DNA of 64,000 nucleotides, taken from Girardia tigrina (taxonomy: Eukaryota). Position 1 is the stretch's first letter. The number at the start of each line of letters is the position of its first letter. Shown in pieces: positions 1 through 12,973 of this stretch. The stretch spans positions 1 through 64,000 of the forward strand of contig MQRK01250511.1 in NCBI GenBank assembly GCA_001938485.1, given 5' to 3'. Position numbers and translations under genes: made by a program. Under the pieces are notes generated by a model. The model saw only the letters and a list, made by a program, of their open reading frames with translations, searched no databases and was not told the origin of the DNA.

Positions 1-192
1 TTATTTTGATTTGAGTTTTTTTACTTTTATTAACGATTTTTGATTTAAATTGGAGATTTTCGATTTTGATTTTCTATTAAGATTGAAAATTTTGATTTAA
101 ATTCGGATTTTTCTGAAATAATTTTTATGATGATAATTTTATCAATTTTATCGTTTTTGTATATATTGGTAAATTCTATTTTTAGTTTACAG

Positions 193-228
<36 letters not shown>

Positions 229-231
<3 letters not shown>

Positions 232-1050
232 CGAAAATATAATTTGGTTAAAGCTTTTTTATATAATTATTGGACATGTTTCGATGTTTACATACATCAT
301 CATCAGTAATTTGAAAACAATTTTAATAGATACATTAACTTTAAAAGGTATATTATGGATTAAATATTATTATTTATTAAAGTATTATTTATTAAAGTTT
401 TATATAAGTTACAAAATGAAACACAAATTTTTACAAATTGTAAATATCCCTTTGTTTACAATTTTAAAGTTTATATAGAAAAATTGTGAATTTAAATCTT
501 TTTGTCTTTTATTTTTTGCAGGTATTTTTGTTGTAGAATTTTTTTCTACTAAGACAATTTTTTAAAAAATACTTTGAAATTATTTTTTGACAAATAGTTT
601 TACTTTTATTTAACAAGTTATTTAAAATGTGATAACCTCGTTAAATTTGGGGTTTATATAATCGTTTGTTTCCTTCTTTTGTGTGAATTTTTATGTTAAA
701 TTTGAATTATTGTTTATTGATTCATTAATTGTTTTTCATCATTTTTTCTCATTTTGTATTTCAATTTGAAAGATTCGTTTGAATTTTCTTTGGGAGAAAG
801 GGGGCGCTGACAAGTTTACTTTTGCAAAATTTATAAAAAGGGGCGTGTTTGATCCTATCTGAAAAGAGGGAAGTGTTCGATCCTCTTATGGAGAGCGATT
901 TGAGCGGGTCATAATTTATTTATTAAGAGAGAGAAATTATTGGTATTTTTTCAATTTATTTGTTAAAGAGCATTGTTATTTTGTGTGTTTAAATATTCTT
1001 TGTTAGAAATATGAAAGAAAAAAAATTGTTTGTTTGAATTAAGCAAAAAA
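229..1050 (-). mobile_element. Penelope-like element terminal (pLTR) fragment next to (TA)n
   Basis: Positions 240-400 are similar to 57600-57800, which follows a GIY-YIG ORF end, and include a hammerhead motif. The right boundary is approximate. Confidence 0.6.
268..311 (-). ncRNA. Minimal type I hammerhead ribozyme (core intact, stem I weakened)
   Basis: Minus strand reads aatta-CUGAUGA-U-GAUGU augua(a) ACAUC-GAAA-CAUG-UC-caaua. Palindromic ACAUGU stem III/loop as in Penelope-associated hammerheads. The first stem I pair is an A:C mismatch. Confidence 0.75.
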
Positions 1051-1175
1051 GTGAAATGCATGGAAATAAGCAAAATTCTATATAGATAAAGATTTTTTTT
1101 AATGATAATAAATTAATAAAAATTATTGATCGACTTCGTTGTGGATATTTTTAATTTGGAATTTCAATTACGACA

Positions 1176-2450
1176 ATGTCACAGTTGAACCCGTCAGTAA
1201 TTGTACGACGAAAACCTGAAGACAAGTTGAAAAATCTTGATCGAATAACATTGGACCGACAAAATTTAACGAACTGTCCAATATTGGACAACGAGGAGAA
1301 CGTCAGATTACTGAACTACCAGTATAAATTACATCCATCAAATACAACATCTTGACAAGTTGCGCAATTTAAAACTTCTTGATTTGTAGACAACAGAATT
1401 GAAAAAATACCGGACTTGACTGTCTTAAGTCATTACGAGTTTGGCAGAAATAGAATTTCTTAGATTGAAGGACTTGAATCACTGATACGCCTTGATATGT
1501 TGGATCTTCACGCAAATTGTTTACAAGTTATAGAAAACGTTGATCATCTTTGTGATTTATGGGTTCTCAATCTCACCGGAAACAATATTACTTGCTTAAC
1601 CAACCTAAAGGGGTTTTATTCTCTCAGAAATAAATGTGCGTAGAAACTTTATAGATTCGGTTGTTGATGTCAATTCGAATAACTGTCCGAATTTACAAAA
1701 AATCTTTCTCAGTTTTAATCAATTATCCAAAATTTCCGACTTTTCCTGTCTAATTGATCTTTTGTCCCTAAATGAGCTGTCCATAGACAATAATCCCATT
1801 TCCAGCTTCAGTAATTTTCGTTCAGCTTTGATCTTCAACTTTGCTCAATTGGAACTATTGGATTCAAAAGCCATATCTGAATACTACCACAAAATCAAAA
1901 CCATCTGAAGTCATTTGATTCGCCACTCTCACTGGAGTCTCAAATAAATCGAAACGTATCTCGAAGTGGTAAATAATATCGAAAGAGTGTTGAATGAGTA
2001 TTTGACGCTGATCGAATGGTGTAAATCGGGCGATCAAAACTACGACGAAATGACCGAAGAAAATCTCGCGAAAATCTTGAGAAAATCTTGCTCTAAATGA
2101 TGACGGCCAAACCAACGAGAAAGGATTCTTAAACAATCTAATCGATTCCCCGGGTCGCGTAGAATTCAGTGACGATGTAACAGTAGCTTTAAGAGTAACC
2201 GACGAGGCGCTGGTTCTTCTTGATTGTGTGTTGGACGTGTGCATACAGACGGAGACCGTGTTGTGTCAAGCAATCATCGAGAGAATAAAAAAATGTAAGC
2301 TTCTTTCGATTCTCTCTCTCGTCCCAGTGTCTCCATATGCCCAACCCTGGAGCCCCACAGCTGCACCGCATCCACCCTCTTGCTATCAACAGGGCGCTAC
2401 ATGAAAAAAAGCTTGAGAACCACTGGCATAGAATAAGTTTGATAAGCTTC
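1176..2450 (+). pseudogene. LRRC49: Intronless LRRC49-like leucine-rich-repeat pseudogene
   Basis: Manual translation gives DRITLDRQNLTNCPILDNEENVRLLNYQ...LLDL*DNRIEKI...LDMLDLHANCL...NLQKIFLSFNQL...SIDNNPI...LELLDSKAISE, matching LRRC49 as I recall it. Several stops and frameshifts. The 3' boundary is approximate. Confidence 0.8.
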
Positions 2451-2678
2451 ATATCTGAAGTCAATAAAATATATAATATTCATTACAATATCATAATTTT
2501 AGTTATAATAATTAGTAATTACTGCAATATATTTTATTTGTTCAATCTAAATCTCATTAAAAACTTACAGATAAATCCAGAATAATGTATTCAAAATATT
2601 CTATATTATTCTCGTATAGAAAGGTAAAAGATTAGATTTTGTTTCTTTAACTATCAAAAAATAAATGAACAGTGTACC

Positions 2679-4791
2679 TAGAGGTGTGCACGTTTAGCGT
2701 TTAAACGACTGTTTAAACGTTTTTATTTTTTAGGACGTTTAAAAGTTTTGCGATTTATAAACAAGCGTGTAATTCGTATTTCAAAAGTACCTCTGACATT
2801 GTTCATATAAACTGACAAGAGCGAAGTTAACGCTTATTTAAAGTTTTGAGAACGTACAAATTCACATATAGTATAGGGTATGCCGACTTTACCGCGGACG
2901 ACTTTACCGCGGGCGACTTGACCGCGGGTGACTTTACAGCGGGCGTCTTTACCGCGGAAAATTTACAACAAAATTGTCAATAAGTGAACAATGTCATCTA
3001 AAATATGAATAAAAATTTTTAATTATGTTATGATAAAACAATGAATCATACACAGGTTTAATTTTAAAACATAATTGGATAGAAAATTTCAGATCGACAT
3101 TACATTTAATTATTCTTTTTAATATAAAAAATAAACAAACAACATACGAAAAATTAGTAAATTCCTAATTTAAAAAATTCAAAAAACATTCTAGAACAAA
3201 TGAATAACACACCAAAAAAAATTGATGTGTAAATAGAAGAAAGATACAAAAACATTAAACTGATATATTAAAATAATGGAATAGTAAATATATCTTTAAT
3301 CCAAAAAGTTTAAATTATGAGCAACGCCTCTAAGATAATCTAATATTGGTAAATTATTGTATTGCTCAACGACACATTCAATCCTCTCACTTACTTTGGC
3401 ATAAATTTGCGATGAGAATTGTGAGAATTCTTCTATTCCAAAGAGAATTTTAATGCGCTGCAAAATTAGTTCAACAAAATCTTGTTCAGTACGAAATTGA
3501 TTTATCAAACTATAAACAGTTGGGTGATTGCAAGCGATAGAATTTTTAAACGCACGATGCCAATTTTCTCTTGCATTGTTTGTGTTTGGTAGATGAGAAA
3601 TAACGCCGTCATATACATTCCACCACTGAATTGAATATGGAGGACGTAATCTTCGTTCTTCATGAGCACGGCCAATATATGTATCCTCAACATATGCAAA
3701 GACATCATCGAGCTCTGGATAATCATTGGAAAGATCAAGTAAAACAAAAAAGGCAGTGAAAACATCATCCACAGAAACAAACGCTAAGGCCATTTTTGAT
3801 TTCAGAATGGTTCTTATTTCATCATTGTTTGAATAGAGATCCGGAAGATTTGATTTTTCTTTTATTTTTTCCAAATTGATTGGTTCCGATGAAAAAAACA
3901 GCCTTTAATCCAAGCGATGAGAATAGCCTGCATATGCAACAATCGGATTTCCAGATTTTGAAGTAAAGAATTGAAGATTCATGCTGAAAAAAGTGAGAGA
4001 AAATTTTTTAGAAATTTATAATATTTTAAGGTATATTTTTAAAGGTATATTAACGTAAATGGAAAATTTTATTATAAATATTACTCCGAGTATATTTTAA
4101 TAAAGTATTATTCGGTAATATTGCAAAAAAATATATCAAAATTAAAAATTTTAAGAAAATTGAATTTATTTAATTATTTAATATTAATATTATAATTTTT
4201 TAATATTTTTTTGTGAAAAAATCCGCGGTAAAGTCGCCCGCTGTAAAGTCACCTGCGGTAAAGTCGCCCGCGGTAAAGACGTCCGCGGTAATGTCGTCCG
4301 CGGTAAAGTCGCCTCACCATAGTATATTATCTATTTTAATATGAGACTAGTTTCATTTTATTAAATTACCTTGTATTGTTGTAATAATTGTACCTCTTTC
4401 TTTCTGAAAAAAAATCGATATTTTTTCTATTACTTATAATAAGTCATTTTTCATAAAATACGTTTTATTTAAAAATTTGAAAACCTATTTGGAAATTTGA
4501 TAAATTTATTGTTGATTTTTTAAAATTAAAAACCTTATTTAAAATTATATTGTTGGAAAATCAGTTTAAAAGTATCATATAATAAGGGTTTTTAATGATA
4601 TATTTATTATATATAATGTGAGGTTTTATAAAAAAAATTTAATTCATGGAAATATCGAAACGAATGGGCTTCGAAGAAAATATAGCTTTGTCGTGATGTT
4701 TCTTTATGAAGATAGAGATCGTTTAAACGTTTAATACGCTAAACAAAGACTGTTTAAACGTTTAGAAAATTTTAAAATGTGCCCACATCTA
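2679..4791. mobile_element. Non-autonomous hAT-like element (TAGAGGTG(T/G)GCAC termini) hosting a nested MULE
   Basis: TAGAGGTGTGCAC at 2679 and GTGCCCACATCTA ending at 4791, with repeated CGTTTAAACG subterminal motifs. The same left end recurs at about 35078 and 35299. No TSD is preserved. Confidence 0.6.
2877..4318 (-). mobile_element. MULE (Phantom-like) deletion derivative with tandem-repeat TIRs; transposase C-terminal fragment at 3296-3874
   Basis: Inverted arrays of the 15-mer GCGACTTTACCGCGG at both ends. TSD ATAGTATA(G/T) starts at 2868 and 4319. ORF has ALAFV..DDV, YVEDTYIG, WNVY, TNNARENWH and HPT motifs. Confidence 0.9.
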
Positions 4792-4837
4792 TTCGAGTAA
4801 CATGACTTGAGTCGACAACATTGGCACCATTTCTATG

Positions 4838-4930
4838 TGATGTCACATTTCAAAAAACACCCCTCCCCAAGTCACACTTCGTCAAAAAAATTCTGCCCCC
4901 TCCTGCGTGACGTCATTTATGGACTGCCTC
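4838..4930. mobile_element. Isolated TIR of a PIF/Harbinger-like MITE
   Basis: Ends GCGTGACGTCATTTATGGACTGCCTC followed by TTA. The partner end was not found. Confidence 0.4.
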
Positions 4931-4989
4931 TTATTTGATCAGGTGAAATGTTCAGAGGAGGTTTATTCATAAGTTTCTCCTTAATCGTC

Positions 4990-6375
4990 ATGAGAATCTT
5001 ACATAAAGTGATGATTAGATCAGTATGCCAATGCAAAAAACATAGGATCACTGATGGGGTCAGTGGAAACATATTCAATAAGTCTTATTTATATTAATAA
5101 TTATTTATATTAATATTAATAATATAAATATTATTATTTATATTAATAATAAATATTGTTATTTATATTAATAATACATACATAGAATTGAGTAACTTGA
5201 CGATGAGGACAAGTACCAATCGTCTGATGAAGAAACATCAGAAGATGAGGAATAAGGATATAAGTGAGGCGGTAAAGATCACCCAATCTAGTGGTACCGG
5301 GGAGGCCGTACCATAATCTTATTTATATTAATAACTAAAACTTACTTACATAATCATGTATAGAACAGCAATCTATTTTACTTCAGAAACTGCAATATTC
5401 CGAATAGGGAACTGTCAGACTACTGGCACTCTGCATCACTAAATCTATATTCAAAAGTAGTTTATATGTCGAACTCCGTCGCCTATTAAAAGAAATCCTC
5501 GGCACTGTCCCCAAATCATCAAATGAATATTTATACCAGGACAAAGATCTTGAGGGATTGGGATTGATTGCTCCCCGAGATGAGTACTCAATGGAATATT
5601 ACGGGTAGGAACAACGGGTAGACCTGCAAATAATGGTCCCTGGGCAGAACTCTCTGTATCTCGTAGATGTCAAGTACCAATATGACTCACAGAAAAATAT
5701 AGAAAACTGCAATACCAAAAATTGGATCACTACGAGTCCTTGGCTATTGCTTGTAAAAAGTTCATGCCGAATACAACTGTACTGCTCCACACCCTCTAGG
5801 TAGGGTGTATAGGAACTTGGTCAAAATGCAGTACAAGTATTCTGACAAGTCTATAGATCGTGTCAAAGACTATTAGAAACATTGCGATAGCGTGCTCGAT
5901 ATCCAATGTCAAATATTCTTCGGCGCAATGCGCATTTTATAGAGATGAAGATGCCCAGGGATCCGCAGACTTAACCGGATCGAGATGAGAGATAAGGAAG
6001 TATCCATGGACTCCATACTGAACATGGAAAAACCAGACAGTATGGAAGAGCCCCTAATGGAAACAGGTGCAGAAGATTTCGTTCCGGTAGTCCTCGATGA
6101 GTTACTCAAGTCATACATACATAGAATTGAGCAACTTGACGATGAGGACAAGTACCAATCGTCTGATGAAGAAACATCAGAAGATGAGGAATAAGGATAT
6201 AAGGTATAAAGTGAGGCGGAAAAGATCACCCAATCTAGTGGTACCGGGGAGGCCGTACGAAAAGAACCCCGGTAAAAACCATTGCACTGCTCACCTGCTG
6301 TGCGAATTTATATTGGACTGAACGGGTACTTTTTCCCACTGATAAAGAAACAATACTGCTTTTTAGCAAAAAATA
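4990..6375 (+). mobile_element. 3' portion of a NeSL/R2-group non-LTR retrotransposon (RT thumb remnant, restriction-like endonuclease, 3' end)
   Basis: Manual translation gives EYLYQDKDLEGLGL, RVDLQIMV...LYLVDVKYQYDS, KLDHYESLA and VGCIGTW (PD-D/ExK-type endonuclease pattern). Frameshifted and deleted. Confidence 0.75.
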
Positions 6376-7672
6376 ACTAATTGATTATTTAGACAGTAAA
6401 TTGTTTATTGACTCAGGTGTTATCATCAGGATTACACAACTCTGCAAAATGTCAGTTAAATTGGATGGTCAATAGTTGTAATAAAATCGATCACAAGATT
6501 TTTTACTTGCAGACATAAAACCAGACATCATTAAACCAAGAAAAATGAGGTAAAAAGGACTAAATACAAAAAGAAATTGGATTAGTAAAAGGTAAAGAGT
6601 TGGTTAAAGGAGCTTCATAAATAGAATAATTAAAGCGTACTAATATAGGTAAAAGCATTCATCCTTGGTGCACAAGGAGGCACTAATACCCAAAGTGAAT
6701 GACCGTACAACTAATAGTACGTGCTGATTTTCCCTAGAACTTCCTTCTCATTATTCAATAATTGATCGTCATTTTCAGAAACTTTGACTTTATAAGACAT
6801 TTTAAAGAAAATCCATATGAATTGACTTAAGCTCAAGCTCAACGTCGTATCTGTCAACAAGTTCTTGCAAATGCTGAGGATGCTAGATTCTAAAAAAAAT
6901 TTAAGAATAAAGATGAAAAATGTATTTATTTATATAATCTTTACAAGGATAATTAATGTTTAATTCCTTGCCAATCTATTAATATCAAACAGGAGTATTT
7001 GAAATGGTGCACTAAGTAGAATTCTCAAGAACTGCACTTCAAAGAGTAATGCAATAAATTTTTATCTCAATTTTGAACAGTAGAAATGTGTTTATAAAGT
7101 TTAACGAATGTGTTATTCTGCCTTAATTAAATATTGGAATCGGGTACTTTAATATATGAAAATGCTTTTAAGGTAAAATGAAAAAACATTACAAGGATAA
7201 CTGTAAAAAAAATCAGTTTTCCTTAACGTTCTGTTAAATTTATTGAACATTTTGAACCTTATGTAATCTAACTAATGCTTTTACCATGCGCGAGGTCTCA
7301 TTCTGCAAGGACGCCATTCGAAGAATGTCAAAAATATATTAAATGGATGGCTTGAATTTTTCGCTTTGAAATAACAGGAAACAATATTTACAAGGAACTG
7401 AATTGTTGACAAAAAGATAGTTTCAAACAATAGATACTTAATATAGATACATATATTAATGTTTATTCATTTATCATTCATCATGCGTGTAAAATAATCA
7501 TTAGATGTATACCAATTTCATTATAATTTATTTGAAATTTATTAAATATAATAAATGTTTGTACTATATTTTTAAATAAATTTGATAAAAAGAGTGCATA
7601 GATATTATTTGTGTTGCAGTAATTGTTATTTAATAATAGTAAATGGGTTAGTACATTTATGATGGTTTATAG

Positions 7673-7818
7673 GTAAAATCAAATATACAGAGCATGTTTA
7701 TGATGCTTGCATGGAGGCTTTCGACTGTCTGCCATTAGCTGCCTTGATGAATCAGCAATTCTTATGTGTACACGGTGGTCTTTCACCAGATATTCATTCT
7801 TTAGACGATATCAGAAAG
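7673..7818 (+). CDS. PPP3CA: Calcineurin A (PP2B catalytic subunit) internal exon, 146 bp
   Basis: AG at 7671-7672 and GT at 7819-7820. Translates (C)[48 protein letters not shown], near-identical to calcineurin A. Phase is compatible with the next exon. The symbol denotes the PPP3C family, not a specific vertebrate paralog. Confidence 0.97.
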
Positions 7819-8265
7819 GTAAACTTTTAATTTTGAATCATATATAATGTCATACTAGAACATGTGTTAACATTTGTGAAAATAGACACTAATTTATTTT
7901 GATCTTTCAACTATTAACTAACTTATGGATCTTATCTTAAGTATATATAAGTACCAAAACCAAGAAAAACTAATAGAAATGTGCTGTCATATTTGAAGAA
8001 AATTTATGTACCAGACAAATGTGAAATACTTATTTGAAAAACAGATGCTTATATCATTTCAATTAAAAGTTCCTAATAGAAGCATTACACGGAAAGAATA
8101 ATCCAGAAAAATGTATAGTTAAGAGTAATGAGGCAAAGTTTAAATTAAATGTTCGTATAATTTCAGCAATTGCATTTATTATTGGTCTAAAAATCTTCAT
8201 ACTATGTATTGGATTCGAATTCAGAATTTAAGTTCTTGACAAAAAAAATATTTCTATGACATTAA

Positions 8266-9195
8266 CCTTCTAGTGGGCGCGCAGTCGTAAAATTTACGAA
8301 AAATGCGCATTACAGCTTTCCCCTCTTATACCACTTTGTTATAAGCGGCGAGCTCCAACCTATTCGAAGGTCAGTGTCTCTCTAAACTACAGACGTATCG
8401 GGTGTGCTTAGAAGTTTGTTATTCATTGATATTTGGGAATTTGAAATGGATCATGACACCAGAAAGCCTCAGGTTATACTTGACTATAACGAAACTAAAG
8501 GCGGAGTGGATACAGTCGACAAAATGTGTGCCGCTTATTCGGTCTCTAGAATAACAAAGAGATGTGTAGGTTTTTACACTTTAATGAATATTGCAGGCAT
8601 AAATGCTCAAATTTTATACAAATTTGCATGCCCAGAAAAAGATCCAAAGCATAGAAGAATTTTTCTAAAAAATTTGGCATTGACCATGATGAAAGAGCAT
8701 CTTATCTTCAGGACAAATGTCAAAGATTTACCGCAAGATATAACTGCTTTTCTGAAAGTGAATTACGGTCGGGAAGTTGAACCGACAACAGAAGAAGAAA
8801 GAATCCCTCCAAAACGCGGTGTCTGTCGGTCATGTGCGCAGGAGAAAAAAGAACCTCAGCATCAAGGAAGTGTTGCCGTTGTCAATCCTTTACATGCAAG
8901 AACCATTCTGCATTTGAGGTGGTTTGTAATAATTGTAATGTTGAGAATATTGATTCTGACTAAAACGTGGATAGTTTTTGTTTTTTGTTGTTGATACAAG
9001 TGTTGTTTCGTTTTTTTGTTTAGAAAGTCAAATATATTTTTGTACATTACTGTCATTTATCATTTTGCGTAACCTTACAGCAATTCCCTTACATTTATAT
9101 AAAGAAAACACCATTTACATAAAGAAAACTTGATGACGTAAAATTTACGACAAGCGCCCGCTCCAGTGATGTTATTCAGCGCGCCCGCTGGAAGG
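8266..9195 (+). mobile_element. piggyBac deletion derivative with transposase C-terminal fragment (8404-8994)
   Basis: TTAA TSDs at 8262-8265 and 9196-9199. TIRs CCTTC(T/C)AG(T/C)GGGCGCGC. Internal CGTAAAATTTACGA motifs near both ends. ORF has KP..ILDYNETKGGVDTVDKM and a C-terminal Cys motif. Confidence 0.95.
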
Positions 9196-10660
9196 TTAAC
9201 GATTTGTCAAAAAAATATTTTTGAGGAACTTAGGCACTTTCTTTTCTTTGCACAAACTATTATAAATAAAAATAAATTTAAATTCCGATATTGTTATTTT
9301 ACTAATTACGAATTATAATTTATAATCGTCTTTAAAATTATAAAGGTCTTTATTAAAATTTTGTCACAAAGATTTTTGTTCATATTTTATTAAATTTCTA
9401 TTTTATTTTACATTTTCATTTTAACACAATTACCTTTTAATTAATATTGTAATGTACATTTTCATTTCAATAAAATTAAATTTTCAAAAAATAAAAATTG
9501 TCTTTTCATTTATTTCGATTTAAGTTTTTAAATTAAATTTCAATTTCGATAACATTACATTTTCAAAAATAAAAATTATATGTTCAAAAAATAAAATTTA
9601 CATTTTCATTTATTTCAATTTTATTATTTTTGTTTTTTAATGAAAGTTATATTTTCATTTTATCTCAAAACAATGATATTTTAATTTTAAAATTTATGAA
9701 TTCATATGAGATTTGATTTGTTTTAGATAAAAGTTACAAAATAATTTTTTACAGTGTTATCATTTCAAATTTTAAATATGACGTTTTATATAAAATTAAA
9801 AAATTTACTTTGTGAATAAATCTGTTTAGGGATTTTTTGTTAAAACCTTAAAAATCTACTTAAATATTTATTGTTATATAAATTATTTTTTACGCTATTT
9901 TATGAAAATCTTATTTTAACAATCTTTAGATCTACTTTCGAAATGTAATTATATTATTATTATATGGATTAGATTTTAAATTCAAACATTTTATGAAATC
10001 GCCAAAGCTCCTAACATTTATATAGACAACCAATATTTTAATTTAATAAATACTTCTTGCTGTTATTTCTTCTTTAAACTAATTTTTGTGACCCCTGGAT
10101 AAAGTATAAGTTAAATACATGAATAGTCTCGAGATAAACTGCTAAACCTTAAAGATTATAGTATCAGTTTATAATTGTTTCGAATATTCGTTTTAGTAAT
10201 ATCTATGTATACATAAGCATGAATATTTCATATCGAAAAGTGAACAATAAGAATCACCAATGGTTTGTAAAAGTACATTAACAATAGTTTACTTATCAAA
10301 ATTATATTATTTTCTTATTTATTTTTGATGTTTTCGAATACTATTATATTGCCAAATATTTTTGAAAAAGAACCTTCTTTTCAAGCCCAATATGTTTATT
10401 TATTATATTATTTTATTTATATTTTAACCTTAAGGAAATCATAATTCAAAGTCAATATAATCGTAAGTAAGGTTTGATTAATAAAAAATGGAATAAGGTT
10501 ATTAATAAAAAGTTATAATTCATAAATAAATTTGCTAAAAATTTTTTTTGTTTAATTTTTATCTCTGTATTACTTTGGATTTTAAAGGGTAATTTTATAT
10601 TCATTTATAATATATGATTATTAAAAAATCAAATTAACATACTGCAAAATTAAATTTCAG

Positions 10661-10800
10661 CTGGACAGATTTAAGGAACCACCAGCTTATGGTCCAATGT
10701 GTGATCTTCTGTGGTCGGACCCTTTAGAAGATTTTGGAAATGAGAAAACATCGGAACACTTCTGTCATAACAGTGTCCGTGGTTGCTCATATTTTTTCAG
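10661..10800 (+). CDS. PPP3CA: Calcineurin A internal exon, 140 bp
   Basis: tttcAG|CTG start and AG|GTtttt end. Translates [46 protein letters not shown](S). Confidence 0.97.
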
Positions 10801-11100
10801 GTTTTTATGAATTTTATATAAAAATTAAGAACTTTTGATAAAAAATGCATTTATTCTACTTTAATTTCATAGGATAATAGTAATTTAATTAATATTAATA
10901 ATTGAATAAAATTGTATCCTTATAGGTTTTTAATGTTGTAGAGGAAGACTCTATCATAATTGAAAATAAGTTCCACATATAAGTGTGGAAGGAATTATAA
11001 CTCACCTTTGTCGGTAGCGCATCAGATTCGACTCATTTTTAAGAGGTGGTTACACTATCTGATTTCTAGGTCAGTGCCACGAATATTCGAGTTCATTTAA

Positions 11101-11449
11101 CGGATAACATGAAATAGTAGGACACCTACTATTTTAATAGTAGGTGGAAAAAAAATTGAAAAGGCGCCCAATATTGGTTTACACCTACTATTTGGTGCTT
11201 TTGTTTTGAACTTGTCTTAAACTTGAAAAATAAATAAGAATTAAACTGGAAAAATAAGAATTTATTCATCATAGATAATAAAAGCATCATCAGTTAATAT
11301 TTCTTCACTATCACTGTGATCAGTTTCTTTAAATTTATATGACACATTTTTTAATTTTTATAAAGTTCTTTTTTCATTTTTAAAAATATTTTTTTATAAA
11401 TTGCTTTAAAAACGATACACCTACTATTTTAATAGTAGGTGGAAAATTT
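11101..11449. repeat. Dispersed repeat beginning ttaa|CGGATAACAT with palindromic CACCTACTATTTTAATAGTAGGTG units (probable DNA-transposon end)
   Basis: The same start and units recur at 18401-18516. Both copies run into assembly gaps. Confidence 0.6.
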
Positions 11450-12973
11450 NNNNNNNNNNNNNNNNNNNNNNNNNNNNNNNNNNNNNNNNNNNNNNNNNNN
11501 NNNNNNNNNNNNNNNNNNNNNNNNNNNNNNNNNNNNNNNNNNNNNNNNNNNNNNNNNNNNNNNNNNNNNNNNNNNNNNNNNNNNNNNNNNNNNNNNNNNN
11601 NNNNNNNNNNNNNNNNNNNNNNNNNNNNNNNNNNNNNNNNNNNNNNNNNNNNNNNNNNNNNNNNNNNNNNNNNNNNNNNNNNNATATATATATATATATA
11701 TATATATATATACGTTTTTTGATCATTATTTGTTTTGTCTGATGATGACTGGTGATCTGTCAAAATTAATCAAATGTTTTAAAAACAAAATTTTCACAGT
11801 TTGTTTTTCATTTTAACAACGTATTTATTTTTTTGATTTTAATAATTTTTTGCTGTTCCAAAATTATTCAATTCATCTCATCTGACTTTCTAGCTTTCGT
11901 CAATTGGATAAAAAATATTATTTGTGTAAAAAAATAAAAAAAACACTACAAATGTCTTTTTCAAATATTTTAAATATAATTAATTCAATTTCGATGAACA
12001 TTTTATTTGTGTATAAAATTTTATTAAAGATTTAATTAAGTATTAAAAAGATAAAATGTAAATATATTTCTATAAGGTTATCCCTAACGTTCTGCTATAT
12101 TTTCGGAAAATTCCAGTTTTGTTTATACTCTTTAGAGTTCACCGAAGCACAAACGGCGATTAGAGTTCAAATTTCTGCGAATGAACGAACAATTCTGAAA
12201 ACGAAAAATGACTTCTATATGAGACGATATATGAGTTTATTTAGTCAATTAAAATCAAAACAAACAATGAGTTCCAAGAGTTCAGGCAACACCATCGGTT
12301 CCGTGTCAAGATCGCTTTTTTTCTTTTTTATTCATTTGATTTCGTGAGAAAGCGAATCACAAATTAAATTATAGTTATTTAATAATGTTTTGAAGTGTAA
12401 ATATAAATATTAAACTTAATATCATAGGAAGTGCAGTTTCTCACTAAAATTGTTTCATTTTATTTTGTTAAACTAAATATTTGTATGATTATGACAAATA
12501 CACTGCAAAATTCTCCACCGACATGATCAAACTGCAAGTTTTTTTGTAATATTTTAGTCTGAGAATCGTGTTAAATAATTTATTATATAAAAAGTTATCC
12601 GGGTTTTATTCTACAAAATTAAAAAGTTTTATGAATTTTTTGTGCTTGTCCGAAGAATGTTAAAGTCTTTATTTTATATAGAATTGATATTAATAACGAT
12701 CAATTAAAGTACATTATAATTACTGTTTATTAAATTGGAATTAAGGTTGTAAAAATTTGGTTTGTTTAATCCATTGAAAATTTCGTTAGATTATTTTTTT
12801 TAATATGTAAATTTGTTGTCTTTAGTGAACCATTGATAAAAATAATACTTGGAGTATTAAGTATATTATTTCTAATAAAGTTTATTATATCTGAATAATA
12901 TCTTAATTTTATATCTTTGACTTAACTAATAGTTTTCTTATCTGAAATTAATAATAATTTATTACATTTCATC

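Noticed and set aside
2882-2957. Regular 15-bp repeats resembling a CRISPR array or iterons
   Set aside because: No spacers, eukaryotic context, and mirrored at 4222-4312 as MULE TIRs.
6650-6900. Weak pogo-like C-terminal remnant
   Set aside because: Too short and degenerate, with no termini.
11731-11776. Possible hammerhead CUGAUGA-U-GAC...GUC-AAAA-UUAA-UC
   Set aside because: G12 is missing and stem I is poor. Not listed as a feature; used only tentatively in the strand-bias finding.
11380-11816. Long ORFs of X residues here and at 18487-19103, 51806-52721 and 54895-55819
   Set aside because: Artefacts of N gaps. Only their non-N edges were interpreted.
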